A DNA stretch of 64,000 nucleotides from Chrysemys picta bellii (taxonomy: Eukaryota). Positions 1-10,451 of this stretch are shown piece by piece. The stretch lies in contig NC_088791.1 in the NCBI RefSeq assembly GCF_011386835.1, positions 349,928,001 through 349,992,000 on the forward strand, read 5' to 3'. A program made the translations under genes and the position numbers. The notes beneath the pieces are model-generated. The model saw only the letters and a list, made by a program, of their open reading frames with translations, did no database searches and was not told where the DNA came from. The number at the start of each line of letters is the position of its first letter. Positions within the stretch are counted from its first letter, which is position 1.

Positions 1-62
1 CTGCACCCTGGGTTTGCAATGCAGGAAAGGGGGCTGCCAGGGAGACTAATATAATTATTATT

Positions 63-367
63 GCAACAGAGGGTCCTGTGGCACCTTTGAGACTAACAGA
101 AGTATTGGGAGCATAAGCTTTTGTGGGTAAGAACCTCACTTCTTCAGAAGCAAGCAGAGCACCTCACCCTCCCTGATTGAACTAACCTCGTTATCTCCAC
201 ACTGATATATACCTGCCTCTGGAGATTTCCATTACTTGCATCTGAAGAAGTGAGGTTCTTACCCACGAAAGCTTATGCTCCCAATACTTCTGTTAGTCTC
301 AAAGGTGCCACAGGACCCTCTGTTGCTTTTTTACAGATTCAGACTAACACGGCTACCCCTCTGATAC
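63..367 (+). mobile_element. Penelope-like element 3' end with inverted partial terminal repeat
   Basis: 63-154 is the reverse complement of 235-326; flanked by ATAATTATTATT at 51-62 and 368-379; 155-330 matches the Penelope copy at ~5300-5475. Confidence 0.8.
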
Positions 368-1380
368 ATAATTATTATTATTATTCTATTTTATTTTATT
401 TTATTTCAGCAAGATCACAACTGTGACAGCATCGTTGTTACCACTCAGCCACCTTCGAGGTAGTCATGTGACTAATCAGAACCATACGAACAGTAATGAC
501 AAGCCTGGATTCCAGGAACAAAGCCTGCAGCAGGGCTTGCGCTGCGGTCTAGTTAGGCAGGATCACCACACATCCACTGTGATTTGGCCTCCTGAAGTTT
601 GTCATTGGCTGTCTGGGGTTAAAGCTGGTGCACGAAAAGCCGAGCAGCTGAGGTTCCCTGATGGCCAAGTGGCCCCCAAGGGAATGTGCAGACATGCTTC
701 ATAAACACAGTTGCCTCCCTGTCTGAACAGATACTGCCTGCTGCCTGTGCAACCTCTAATATGACTTCTTGTCCTTTAGGGTGAAGACCTCTGGTGTCAG
801 CGGCTCCCCTTCTAGCAGGAATTGGGTACGTTGGCAGGTTTCACTATCTTTAAAATGCGAAGTGAAGGGGAAAGACTGCAAGCTGTTTCCATTTTCAGAG
901 GTTCTGTGCAGCAGCAGAGGACTCAGCTGGGCTATGGGGGTGACTCAGTGATGGGGTTGGAGGGCAGGCAGCACTAGGTAGCTTGGGAACCCCTCCCCTG
1001 CATCTGCCCATGCTCCACGGGGCTGATGAAGCTGCACAAAAATCTCACATTGAAAGTGAGCAAGCTCTGAGTGTTAAAACCCGGATGCCCCAAGTCAGGA
1101 TTTCTCAAAGGGTCCTTTTTCTAGAGGTGCTGTGTGCTCTGGGCCTGATCCTGCCAGGGACTGAGAGAGACGAGACCCCCTAGAATGTCAGTGACTAGTT
1201 CCCAAATTGCCTTTGGTTTATTTGCTCCTGGAAATTTAATCAGCAAATGCATTTTCCAATATTTTAATCTCTGGCTCGACTGTGAATGTAGGAATTCAGA
1301 GATGCGTTACTCTGTGGTAGCAGGTCCAGTAGGGCATATTTCTATTTCCTAACTGGCTGAGGGCTCCAGCACTTGTGCCC

Positions 1381-2089
1381 TGTAGATACTGCTCAAAGTT
1401 ACAGGGGTACCAGCGTCTCTGCCCTTCTCTGGTCTCTAGGAACCAGATGTCAGACCTCGGACCCTGCCCTCTCATAGGGTGGAATCCCACGATCCTTCCA
1501 CCCTCAGACTGTGCCCTGGGCTACAGGACACAGTAGGTCGACTCTGCTTGCCCCGCAGGTCCTTTTGGGCTCAACACCAATGGTTCTTCCTTCTGGAAGT
1601 CTGGAAGTGGTGGTGAGACAAGTGACCAGCCAGCCTCCTTGAACGAACAGCCTCCTCCAACCAGTAGGAATAAAGAGTAACCTGGGCGAAAAAGAGGGTT
1701 TTCAAACAACAGTACCCTTCTAGACTCTCAGCCCTCCCACTCTGACCGGGACTCAGGCAGGCTGAGGGCCTTCAGATTTCCCCAGCCGTGTCCATAACTG
1801 TCAGTCTGAAGAGCTTCACAGCATTCTGAATTCAGCAACGTGGTTGGAGCCCAGAAATAGGCTCTGCCAGCGTGTAGCTCCAGTGTTGTCTCTCAACCTC
1901 CCTGGGGTGGTTACTGAGTGATGGCTTTTCTTCAGCTGTTGCTTCCCTTCCTGCTTGTTTTCCAGCAGGCTGCTGTTAAACTAAGAAGAGCCAAACTGGT
2001 TTAACGTAATATAGCCATAACGTGAACATCCCAATAGTTCACCCAATATCACTATGCAGTAGACATCCCAAGAACTGGGTTTAACATAC
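1381..2089 (-). mobile_element. Possible old LTR remnant shared by all five units
   Basis: TGTAG...ATACA-like ends; paralogous blocks near 12595-13352, 23514-24263, 35644-36394 and 48555-49338; family not identified. Confidence 0.3.
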
Positions 2090-2176
2090 ACATTCATTAT
2101 AGCACTGCAGCTCCTTGCCTGTCACAATGCTATTCCAGTGTGCTAGGTATTTTATGAAGAGAGGACATAGGCAGTC

Positions 2177-2196
2177 AGAGAGAGAGAGAGAGAGAG
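2177..2196. repeat. (AG)n microsatellite upstream of OR1
   Basis: (AG)10; orthologous tracts of different length at 13437-13464, 24348-24373, 36480-36513 and 49422-49464. Confidence 0.95.
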
Positions 2197-2808
2197 CAAT
2201 AGACGACTTTCCTGTGGGAAATGAAGTTCCATTTCCATGAATACTCATGCATTTGACTTTGAAATCCACTTCCTGCAAACCCTCATCGTGCCTGAATAAC
2301 AGGTGCTGAGGTCACTATGTACTGGAGAGTCAGAACTCAGAGAATGAATATTCTCTATACGGACCCCAATGCCTGTTACCACTCCGGATACAGGCCACAG
2401 ACTGACAGAACAGAACCTGAGGAGAACCAGTCAGCTATTAACCCAGGGACAGAGGAGCTACTAGACTTTTGTTTGCTGACAAGCCACTGAAGAAAGGCTG
2501 AGACGCTGTGATCTTTTCAGGTTCTGAAGAAATCCAGATAAGAGACGCTACATTTAAGTCCCACTCTAACCTGAGAAATCATCTCTGAAAGAAGACCAGA
2601 GGGGAAAAAATGGTTTGACATGTGTGTAGTAAAGTACAGATGTGTTAATGTAATGCCAAAACTTTTCATTGTAATACAAATATTACAAATCAAACATCCA
2701 TGACACATTTATCGAAAGCCAGCAGCAGAGTTGTTGGAATCTCTACAGGAAGGAGCAGTGGTAACTTTACTGCTTAATCGCTTTGGCTTTAGAAAGTATT
2801 TCAGAAGT

Positions 2809-2863
2809 ATAGAATCATAGAATCAGAAGATTAGGGTTGGAAGAGATCTCAGGAGGTTATCTA
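2809..2863 (-). mobile_element. CR1 3' tip (55 bp)
   Basis: ATAGAATCATAGAATC tail followed by GAAGATTAGGGTTGGAAGAGA, matching the CR1 ends at 21453 and 32146. Confidence 0.75.
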
Positions 2864-3094
2864 AGAGGCAGTGGCATAATTTGAACACTCAGCAGTGGAG
2901 AAAATTAAAAAAAAAACACAGATAATGAGGCCATCAATGCAGGACAAATAAATAAATACATAAATTCAATGATTGTTTTCACCATGCAGTTGCCTTGTGT
3001 TTACACAGATGTCGTGATACAATGGGCCACACTCCGAAGTGGAGGGCCAGAAAGGGTGTCTGTGGCAAGGTCACAATTATAAAATCACACAGTG

Positions 3095-3435
3095 CTAAAG
3101 CAGGCTGCGGAACTCCCAGCCACAAGATATCAATGGGGCCAAGAGGTTAGCAGGCTTCAAAGAGGGACTGGATGTTTATATGGGTAACCAAAAAATCAAA
3201 TTACAGTAGTGAGGGTAGTGTTAAAAGAGTCTTGGAAGGATCCTAAACTTTCCTGATTTATACCACAAAATATGTCTAACTAGTGGGTGTCAGGGGGAAA
3301 CTTTCTCTAGGAGCAGGTTATCTCAGAGCTGCCTATTGCAGGGTTTCTTCCACCTTCCTCTGAAGCATCTGGAACTGGTCACTGGATACTAAGCTAGATG
3401 GACTGCAGGTCTGATCCAGTCTAGCAGTGCCTATC
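3095..3435 (+). mobile_element. Old CR1 3' remnant ancestral to all units
   Basis: GGAACTC..GCCACAAGATATC...CACCTTCCTCTGAAGCATCTGG...CTAGATGGAC..GGTCTGATCCAG; paralogs at ~15080-15420, 25885-26225, 38030-38370 and 51050-51425. Confidence 0.65.
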
Positions 3436-3548
3436 TTCCTATCGGTGATGTAAATCCGAGACTATGTTTTTGCTGATCTTCCTTGAGTTCCTGGGAGTCT
3501 CTAGACTTGCACTGAGAGCAGAATGATGTTTCGTTAAATATTATCAAG

Positions 3549-3571
3549 TCTCCTGTTCTTTTTCCTTTCAG
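3549..3571 (+). promoter_or_regulatory. Putative 3' splice acceptor of a 5'-UTR intron
   Basis: Pyrimidine tract plus CAG (TCTCCTGTTCTTTTTCCTTTCAG) about 40 nt before the ATG; conserved with AG ending at 15550, 26354, 38499 and 51550. Confidence 0.65.
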
Positions 3572-3611
3572 GAAGGAAAGCTCAAAACTCCTCGGAACTA
3601 CCCAGTACATT

Positions 3612-4547
3612 ATGTCAGCTGTCAATGACACCAAATTCAGATCTGTTGTGTTCCTTCTCACCGGCATACCTGGGCAGGAATACCTCCATCTCTGGATCTC
3701 TATTCCTTTCTGCTTTATATATGTTATCTCAATATTAGGAAATTCAGTCATTCTGTTCATTATAAAAACAGATCCAAGCCTTCATGAGCCCATGTACATA
3801 TTCCTTTCCATGTTGGCTATCACTGACTTTGGGTTATTGATTTCCACCATACCAACGATACTGGGCATATTCTTGTTTAACTCTAGGGAGATCAGCCTTG
3901 ATGCCTGTTTTACCCAGCTGTTCTTCATCCACTCGCTTGCAAAAATTGAATCCTCCATGCTGTTACTGATGGCCTTTGACCGCTTCATCGCAATCTGTAA
4001 CCCACTGAGATATGCTGCCATCTTAACTACACCAAGAATAGCCAAGATGGTGTTGGTGTTTGTGATAAGAGGGGTGGCCGTAGCATTACCATTCCCCATT
4101 CTTCTGAAACGGTTCCGATACTGTCGAGCCAACGTACTCTCCCATTCCTACTGTCTGCACCAGGACATCATGAAATTGGCTTGTTCAGATATCAGAGTCA
4201 ACTACGTCTATGGCTTGTTTACTACACTCTTCACGTTTGGGTTGGACTCACTGCTCATCTTCCTCTCTTACATGATGATCCTCAAAACAGTGCTGAACAT
4301 CGCATCCCATGCGGAGTGCCTCAGGGCCCTGAACACCTGCGTCTCCCACCTCTGCGCCGTCCTGCTCTTCTACACACCAAACATTGGCTTGGCTGTGACA
4401 CACAGATTCGGGAATAGCTCTTCTCACTTGCTTCAGATTCTCCTGGGCTACATCTACCTGCTGGTCCCGCCCCTGATGAACCCAATCGTGTACAGCGTGA
4501 AAAGCAAACAACTTCGTGCGAGGATAATCAGGGCATTTGTCAAGTGA
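3612..4547 (+). CDS. Class I olfactory receptor, OR51-like (OR1)
   Basis: 311-aa intact ORF with OR motifs LHEPMYIFL, MAFDRFIAICNPLRY, SHSYCLHQ, RALNTCVSH and PPLMNPIVYSVKSK; N-terminal NDT sequon. Confidence 0.97.
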   Translation: MSAVNDTKFRSVVFLLTGIPGQEYLHLWISIPFCFIYVISILGNSVILFIIKTDPSLHEPMYIFLSMLAITDFGLLISTIPTILGIFLFNSREISLDACFTQLFFIHSLAKIESSMLLLMAFDRFIAICNPLRYAAILTTPRIAKMVLVFVIRGVAVALPFPILLKRFRYCRANVLSHSYCLHQDIMKLACSDIRVNYVYGLFTTLFTFGLDSLLIFLSYMMILKTVLNIASHAECLRALNTCVSHLCAVLLFYTPNIGLAVTHRFGNSSSHLLQILLGYIYLLVPPLMNPIVYSVKSKQLRARIIRAFVK

Positions 4548-5142
4548 AGGGTCATTTCATCCCCCATCTCCAGGACTGGACACACAGTAGACAAGAAACA
4601 CAAGCGACAGCCACGGCCACCTATTCTATCCTGGTTCCTTTTAACCTGGGGCCCATCCCTCTGCCCTATCTCTTCCCCCAAAACCCCACCCCTACTATTC
4701 CCCTTTACCCAAGACTCTGCACCGTCCCCAGGCTAGAGCCTAGAGCCGGGATGTGGTAAGAGCTGCCCAGAGAGCCACAACCCTTTGAGGAGCCAGAGAC
4801 TCTCCACATTATACCCGCCCAGGATGTGCAACCCAGGGAAGGTGGATAGTCCTGGGCTCCAAACAACATCCTGGGCTCTGGCGGCAACTCTTATCATGGC
4901 CAGACTCTGGTTTGGCTGAGAGGCAGAGAGTTGAGGAAAGTGGAGGAGCAGGGGGCAGGACTTAGTGAGAAGAGATGGGGCAGGGAGCGAGGCTTCAGAG
5001 GAAAAAGGGGAAGAGGGGGCAAGTCTGAACAAATGCTGACCCCAGCAAGTAGGATGTGGGGGTTGGGGGTGGGGATTTCTGAGTAAAGGAGGAAGATGGG
5101 GCTGGAGGGTTGGAGACCCTGTGTTTTGGAGAAGACTAAAGT

Positions 5143-5475
5143 AAAAAAAACTTCAGGACCAGACTCCAAAGAGAAACTGCTGAGCTCCAGTTCATTTGCA
5201 AATTTGACACCATCAGATCAGGATTAAACAAAGACTGTGAATGGCTATCCAACTACAGAAGCAGTTTCTCCTCCCTTGGTGTTCACACCTCAACTGCTAG
5301 CAGAGCACCTCACCCTCCCTGATTGAACTAACCTCGTTATCTCCATACTGATTTATACCTGCCTCTGGTAATTTCCATTCCTTGTGTCTGACGAAGTGGG
5401 CATTCACCCACGAAAGCTTATGCTCCAGTACTTCTGTTAGTCTTAAAGGTGCCACAGGACCCTCTGTTGCTTTTT
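5143..5475 (+). mobile_element. Penelope-like element 3' fragment
   Basis: Encodes KKNFRTRLQRETAELQFICKFDTIRSGLNKDCEWLSNYRSS (recalled as a Penelope ORF C-terminus), then the same 3' sequence as 155-330; ACTAAA at 5135-5140 and 5476-5481; absent at the U5 paralogous site (~53085). Confidence 0.8.
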
Positions 5476-5849
5476 ACTAAATTAATGTGACTCCACAAAG
5501 GGGGCTCCACTTTTAAGTGCCCAGGTTGAGAGTAAGTCATTGCTTGGACTTAGAAGGAAGGTCTGTGTGTCTGCAGGGCAACCTCAGGCCCGGAGGAGGC
5601 ACCATAGGGTGGCCCCTGTCACAGGAACTTGGCCAGAGCGCGCTGTGCTCTAGGAAGCTGTTACCAATGGGCCGCTGTTAGCCCAGCCCTTAGGCTGCTC
5701 TAAACTCCGCTGAGGCAGGGGGAGAACAGGCCAGTGAATCAAACCCCTGTAATTGGCTCCTGGCCCTCCCGGCTCTCTGCAGCGCAGGAGTGAGCTCTGC
5801 TGGAGCAGCAGAGAAGTCTGCCGGGCCTGTCACCATTCAGGTGGCTGGA

Positions 5850-6035
5850 AGGCTGGTCCTGTGGTCTGGGCACAGCTCTGCCACACAAGAAAACTTGGTT
5901 TGATACCCTTGCCGTGTCTTACTGTGGGCAAGCCATTGGCTGTCTCTGAGCCTCTGCTCAGGTGGACAATACCCCTGCCCTGCCTCACAGCAGTAGCGGA
6001 ATGACAAATACATTCAAGGAGATCAGATACTCTGA
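5850..6035 (+). mobile_element. MIR/CORE-like SINE (ancestral, one per unit)
   Basis: tRNA-like head remnant, GGGCAAG..CTCTGAGCCTC core and CCTGCCTCACAG..GGATAAATACATT tail; paralogs at ~18755-18930, 29455-29635, 41455-41630 and 53465-53650. Confidence 0.6.
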
Positions 6036-6325
6036 GACCCAAAGATCAGGGCTGTGTGAGGGTTCCATAGAGCAACACCTGACTCTGGTCTATAAAAGGC
6101 CTCTTATCACAGCCTCCTGTGACAGCTGCTTCTGGGAAGACGCGTGACTCCAGGCTCACACAGGTTTCAGCAAAGGCTGTTTCCACAAGAAAGGGGCAAA
6201 GACATGGGAAGATGCTGTCAGAGACACAGGGAAACTAGGCTGGGTCCCAAGAGCTCATTGGTTTCCCTAAAGAATATAAGATGGGCCAGTTCTGTTCCTG
6301 TATTTCCAGAGCAAAGCCTGTCTAC

Positions 6326-6766
6326 ATGATTTCGAAAAAGGGGTAAACAGTGAGGTGGCAAAATTTGAAAATGATACGAAATTACTAAAGATAGTTAAGA
6401 CCCAGGCAGAGTGCAAACCATTACAAAAGGTTCTCTCAAAACTGGGTGACTGGGCAACCAAATGGCAGATGAAATTTAATGTTGATAAATGCAAAGCAAC
6501 GCACATTGGAAAGCATAATCCCAAGTACACAAATAAAATGATGGGGTCTAAATTAGTTGTTACCAATCAAGAAAGAGATCTTGGAATCATTGTGGATAGT
6601 TCTTTGAAAACATCCACTCAGTGTGCAGCGGTAGTCAAAAAGCGAACAGAATGCTGGGAATAATTAAGAAAGGGATAGAAAATAGGACAGAAAATATCAT
6701 ATTTCCTCTATATAAATCCACGGTATGCCCACATCTTGAATACTGTGTGCAGATGTGGTCACCCCA
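6326..6766 (+). repeat. 441-bp inverted duplicate of CR1 ORF2 segment 7608-8048
   Basis: Reverse-complement match with one mismatch found by eye; shares the same frameshift (AAAAAGCGAAC). Confidence 0.9.
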
Positions 6767-6996
6767 ATGCGCAGCACTGTCTGAAGACTGGCTCTGTCTG
6801 GAGGAAACAATTAGGCTAGTTATTCACTGCTGAGGGTAAAATGTGAACAGGAAGTTTTTCTCCTTAAAACTCCTCACACCCCCCACCTCCAATACATTCC
6901 ACACCCACCCAGGGAGACCCACCACCCAGTTTCGGAACATCTGGACTAGATGATCTAATGGCTCCTTCTGGCCTTAAATTCTGAGTTTCTGATAAT

Positions 6997-8732
6997 CATA
7001 AGAACATAAAAATGGCCATATTGGGTCAGACCAAAGGTCCATCTAGCCCAGTATCTTGTCTTCCAACAGTGGCTAGTGTCATGTGCCTCAGAAGGAATTA
7101 ATAGAACATGGAATAATCAAGTGATCCATCCCCTGTTGCTCATTCCCAGCTTCTGGCAAAAAGAGGCTAGGGACACCATCCTTGCCCATCCTGGCTAATA
7201 GCCATTGATGGACTTATCCTCCATGAATTTGTCTAGTTCTTTTTTGAACCCTGTTATGGTCTTAGCCTTCACAACATCCTCTGGCAAGGAGTTCCACGGG
7301 TTGACTGTGTGTTGTGTGAAGAAATACTTCCTTTTGTTTGTTTTAAACCTGCTGCCTATTAATTTCATTTGGTGACCCCCTAGTTCTTGTGTTATGAGAA
7401 GTAGTAAACAACACTTCCTTATCTATTTTCTATACACAATTCATCATTTTATAGACCTCAATCATATCTCCCCTTAGCCGTCTCTTTTCCAGGCTGAAAA
7501 GGCCCAGTCTTATTAATCTCTCCTCATACGGAAGCCGTTCTATACCCCTAATCACTTTTGTTGCCCTTTTCTGAACTTTTTCCAATTCTAATATATCTTT
7601 TTTGAGATGGGGTGACCACATCTGCACACAGTATTCAAGATGTGGGCATACCGTGGATTTATATAGAGGAAATATGATATTTTCTGTCCTATTTTCTATC
7701 CCTTTCTTAATTATTCCCAGCATTCTGTTCGCTTTTTGACTACCGCTGCACACTGAGTGGATGTTTTCAGAGAACTATCCACAATGATTCCAAGATCTCT
7801 TTCTTGATTGGTAACAACTAATTTAGACCCCATCATTTTATTTGTGTACTTGGGATTATGCTTTCCAATGTGCGTTGCTTTGCATTTATCAACATTAAAT
7901 TTCATCTGCCATTTGGTTGCCCAGTCACCCAGTTTTGAGAGAACCTTTTGTAATGGTTTGCACTCTGCCTGGGTCTTAACTATCTTTAGTAATTTCGTAT
8001 CATTTTCAAATTTTGCCACCTCACTGTTTACCCCTTTTTCGAAATCATTTATGAATATGTTGAATAGGACTGGTCCCAGAACAGACCCCTGAGGGACACC
8101 ACTATTTACCTTTCTCCATTCTAAAAACTGACCATTTATATCTACCGTTTGTTTCCTATCTTTTAACCGGCTACCCCCAATCCATGAGAGCACTTTCCCT
8201 CTTATTCCTTGGCAGCTTACTTTGCTTAAGAGCCTTTGGTGAGGGACCTTGTCAAAGGCTTTCTGAAAATCTAAGTACACTATATCCAGTGGATCTGCTT
8301 TGTCCACATGCAAAGAATTCTAGTGGATTGCTGAGGCGTGATTTCCCTTTACTAAATCCATGTTGACTCTTCCTCAACAAATTATATTCATCTATATGTC
8401 TGACAATGTTGTTCTTTATTATAGTTTCAACAGGCTTACAGGCCTGTATTGCCGGGATCATCTCTGGAGCCCTTTTTTAAAATTGGCATTACATTAGCTA
8501 TCCTCCAGTCATCTGGTACAGAAGCTGCTTTAAATGATAGGCTACATAACACAGTTAGTAGTTCTGCAATTTCACATTTGAGTTCCTTCAGAACTCTTGG
8601 GTCAATCCCATCTGGTCCTGGGGACTTATTGCTGTTTAATTTATCAATTTGTTCCAAAACCTCCTCTAATGATACCTCAATCTGGGACAGTTCCTCAGAT
8701 CTGTCGCCTAAAAAGAATGGCTCAGGTTTGGG
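6997..8732 (-). mobile_element. CR1 LINE, ORF2 (RT) and 3' UTR, decayed
   Basis: Minus-strand peptides KLNSNKSPGPDGIDPRVLKELK, IVYLDFQKAFDKVPHQRLL, SGVPQGSVLGPVLFNIFINDF and HLEYCVQMWSPHLKKD; CATAAGAACATAA tail at 6997. Confidence 0.95.
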
Positions 8733-9437
8733 TGTGATGGTACCTCCCATAAGGCTTTATGGAAATATGCTTAGAATGTATTTTATGCTACATATGCCAT
8801 GTAACATATCTCCATAAAGGTTATGAGCTATTGAATGTATTAATCATATTTGTATGCATGTATCATTTTTGTATTCTAAGTTATGAATGTTGGCTGTGTA
8901 CTGGTGTGATTTCTAAATAACCTTAGTAGAGCATTTGGTCAGTTCCTGGAGAAAGGAATGTTGAAGTTAAGGACCTAATCAAGAGACACTTGAAGGACAA
9001 TGAATCTTGGAAGGCTCCAATCCACATAAGAAGTCTACTTGAGGAAGTTCAAGGTAGCATGTAAACAATGGCTGCTACCTGGTAAGGAACTGTGAGTCAT
9101 GCATGGACATGTGACTTGCCCAGGTGACTCCTAAACTCCATTTTGGAGTGGGACTTGGCATAGGAGTGAGGAGGGGGTCTCCACCCACAAGAGGAAGTCT
9201 ATTTAAACCCCTGGGAGACCCCTCCATTTTGTCTTCAGGTGGCTAAAGGAAGAGCCTCTCCACCCCCACCTCCCCCAGGATACCTGAAATAAATTGGAAC
9301 AAAGGACAGTGACTGCAAGGGGTGTGAGCGATTGCTGGACCCAGGCTAAAAGGAGATTAGCCTGTAAGAGGGAGCATTCTGGAACTGATGAGGATCTTAT
9401 CTGTATTCAGTTTGATTAGACATACATTTGCGCATTT
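8733..9437 (+). mobile_element. Truncated LTR (Gypsy-type) inside the CR1
   Basis: Starts TGTGATGGTACCTCCCATAAGG and has a TATTTAAA box; no intact 3' end or TSD; interrupts the CR1 between ORF2 and ORF1. Confidence 0.65.
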
Positions 9438-9439
9438 CC

Positions 9440-9980
9440 CTCAGATGGCTGTTCCAAATCATTCTCCGCTATAGTACCTGTACAGAGAGCCAGAAAATGG
9501 TTTCTTACCTCTATCTACACTGGGGAGGATGGATTCTCCTCTTTCTTCTTCTGGTGGTAGCATACTGCCTGTTTTCTTAACTGTTCTGCACTGCCCTCTC
9601 TGATTTTTCAGTATGCTGTGCCTGCAATACCAAACGCTGACTTCTATCCAGAAAGTCTTCATTTTCTCTGATATGATGCAGGGTTCATACTTGGGTCTCT
9701 TGTCCTTTAACCTTTTCTTCCAATATGGAGACCAGCTTGCACTTCACACAGACGAAATCACTACTGTGCTCTGGGAGAAAGCACAGACATGGCACATCCT
9801 ATCCAGGTCACAACAGCTGATCACTCACTATCCATAATGTGTTCCTTCTAAGAGCCTCTTCAGATGATAATTTTGTACTTACTGATCACAGAAGCCTGAA
9901 AAGCAACCCCCCCGCCCAACATTCTGTGGGATCTCCCCCCAGGCAAACTCCCTATATTTAGCTATTCTAACCAGCCTACC
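9440..9980 (-). mobile_element. CR1 ORF1 N-terminus and 5' UTR
   Basis: From ATG at 9835, the minus strand reads MDSE*SAVVTWIGCAM...DFVCVKCKLVSILEEKVKGQETQV*TLHHIRENEDFLDR (recalled as the CR1 ORF1 zinc-finger and coiled-coil start). Confidence 0.8.
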
Positions 9981-10147
9981 GATCTCTGTGCAGTCCCATC
10001 CACCGTGTATAATGTCCCTTCAGTAGATCCTGTGGGCAGTGGCTACTGTGAGAGGCCCTGGAAGCACATCTCTGATGAACCTGTGCTAACAGGGAGCTGG
10101 AGATGGTCCTAGAGAAGATGTGGAGGCCCAGAGATTGTGGGTGGGTG

Positions 10148-10451
10148 CAGGAGCGGCTCTATGGTTTTTGCCGCCCCAAGCATGGCAGTCAGGTGGCCTT
10201 TGGCGGCATGCCTGAGGGCGGTCCATGGTCACGTGGATTCGGCGGCTTTCTGCAGGTGATCTGACGGCCCCGCGGCTTCGGCGTACCCACCGCCGAATTC
10301 CCGTCGAAACTGCGGGACCGGCGGACCTCCTCCAGGCATGCCACTGAAGGCCGCCTGACTGCTGCTGCTCTCATGGCGATTGGCAGGACGCCCCCTGCGG
10401 CTTGCCGCCCTAAGCACGCGCTTGCTGCGCTGCTGCCTCTAGCCACCCCTG
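10148..10451. mobile_element. hAT-type MITE
   Basis: Imperfect TIRs CAGGAGCGGCTC/TAGCCACCCCTG; 8-bp TSD GGTGGGTG at 10140-10147 and 10452-10459; empty site at ~22000 and ~32700. Confidence 0.9.

Noticed and set aside
769-951. Recurrent ~60-97-aa ORFs (MSFRVKTSG.../MQPFPF...) in every unit
   Set aside because: Recurrence is explained by the segmental duplication; starts, stops and frames vary and no domain is recognisable
1899-1908. TCCCTGGGGT, resembling an O/E (EBF) site, in all five units
   Set aside because: A 10-bp imperfect match inside duplicated, probably LTR-derived DNA; not distinguishable from chance
3782-4511. Minus-strand and alternative-frame ORFs overlapping each OR gene
   Set aside because: Shadow frames of the OR coding sequence; they break differently between paralogs and carry no motifs
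5850-5910. tRNA-like sequence
   Set aside because: Degenerate SINE head with no cloverleaf; no tRNA, rRNA or CRISPR array was found anywhere in the window
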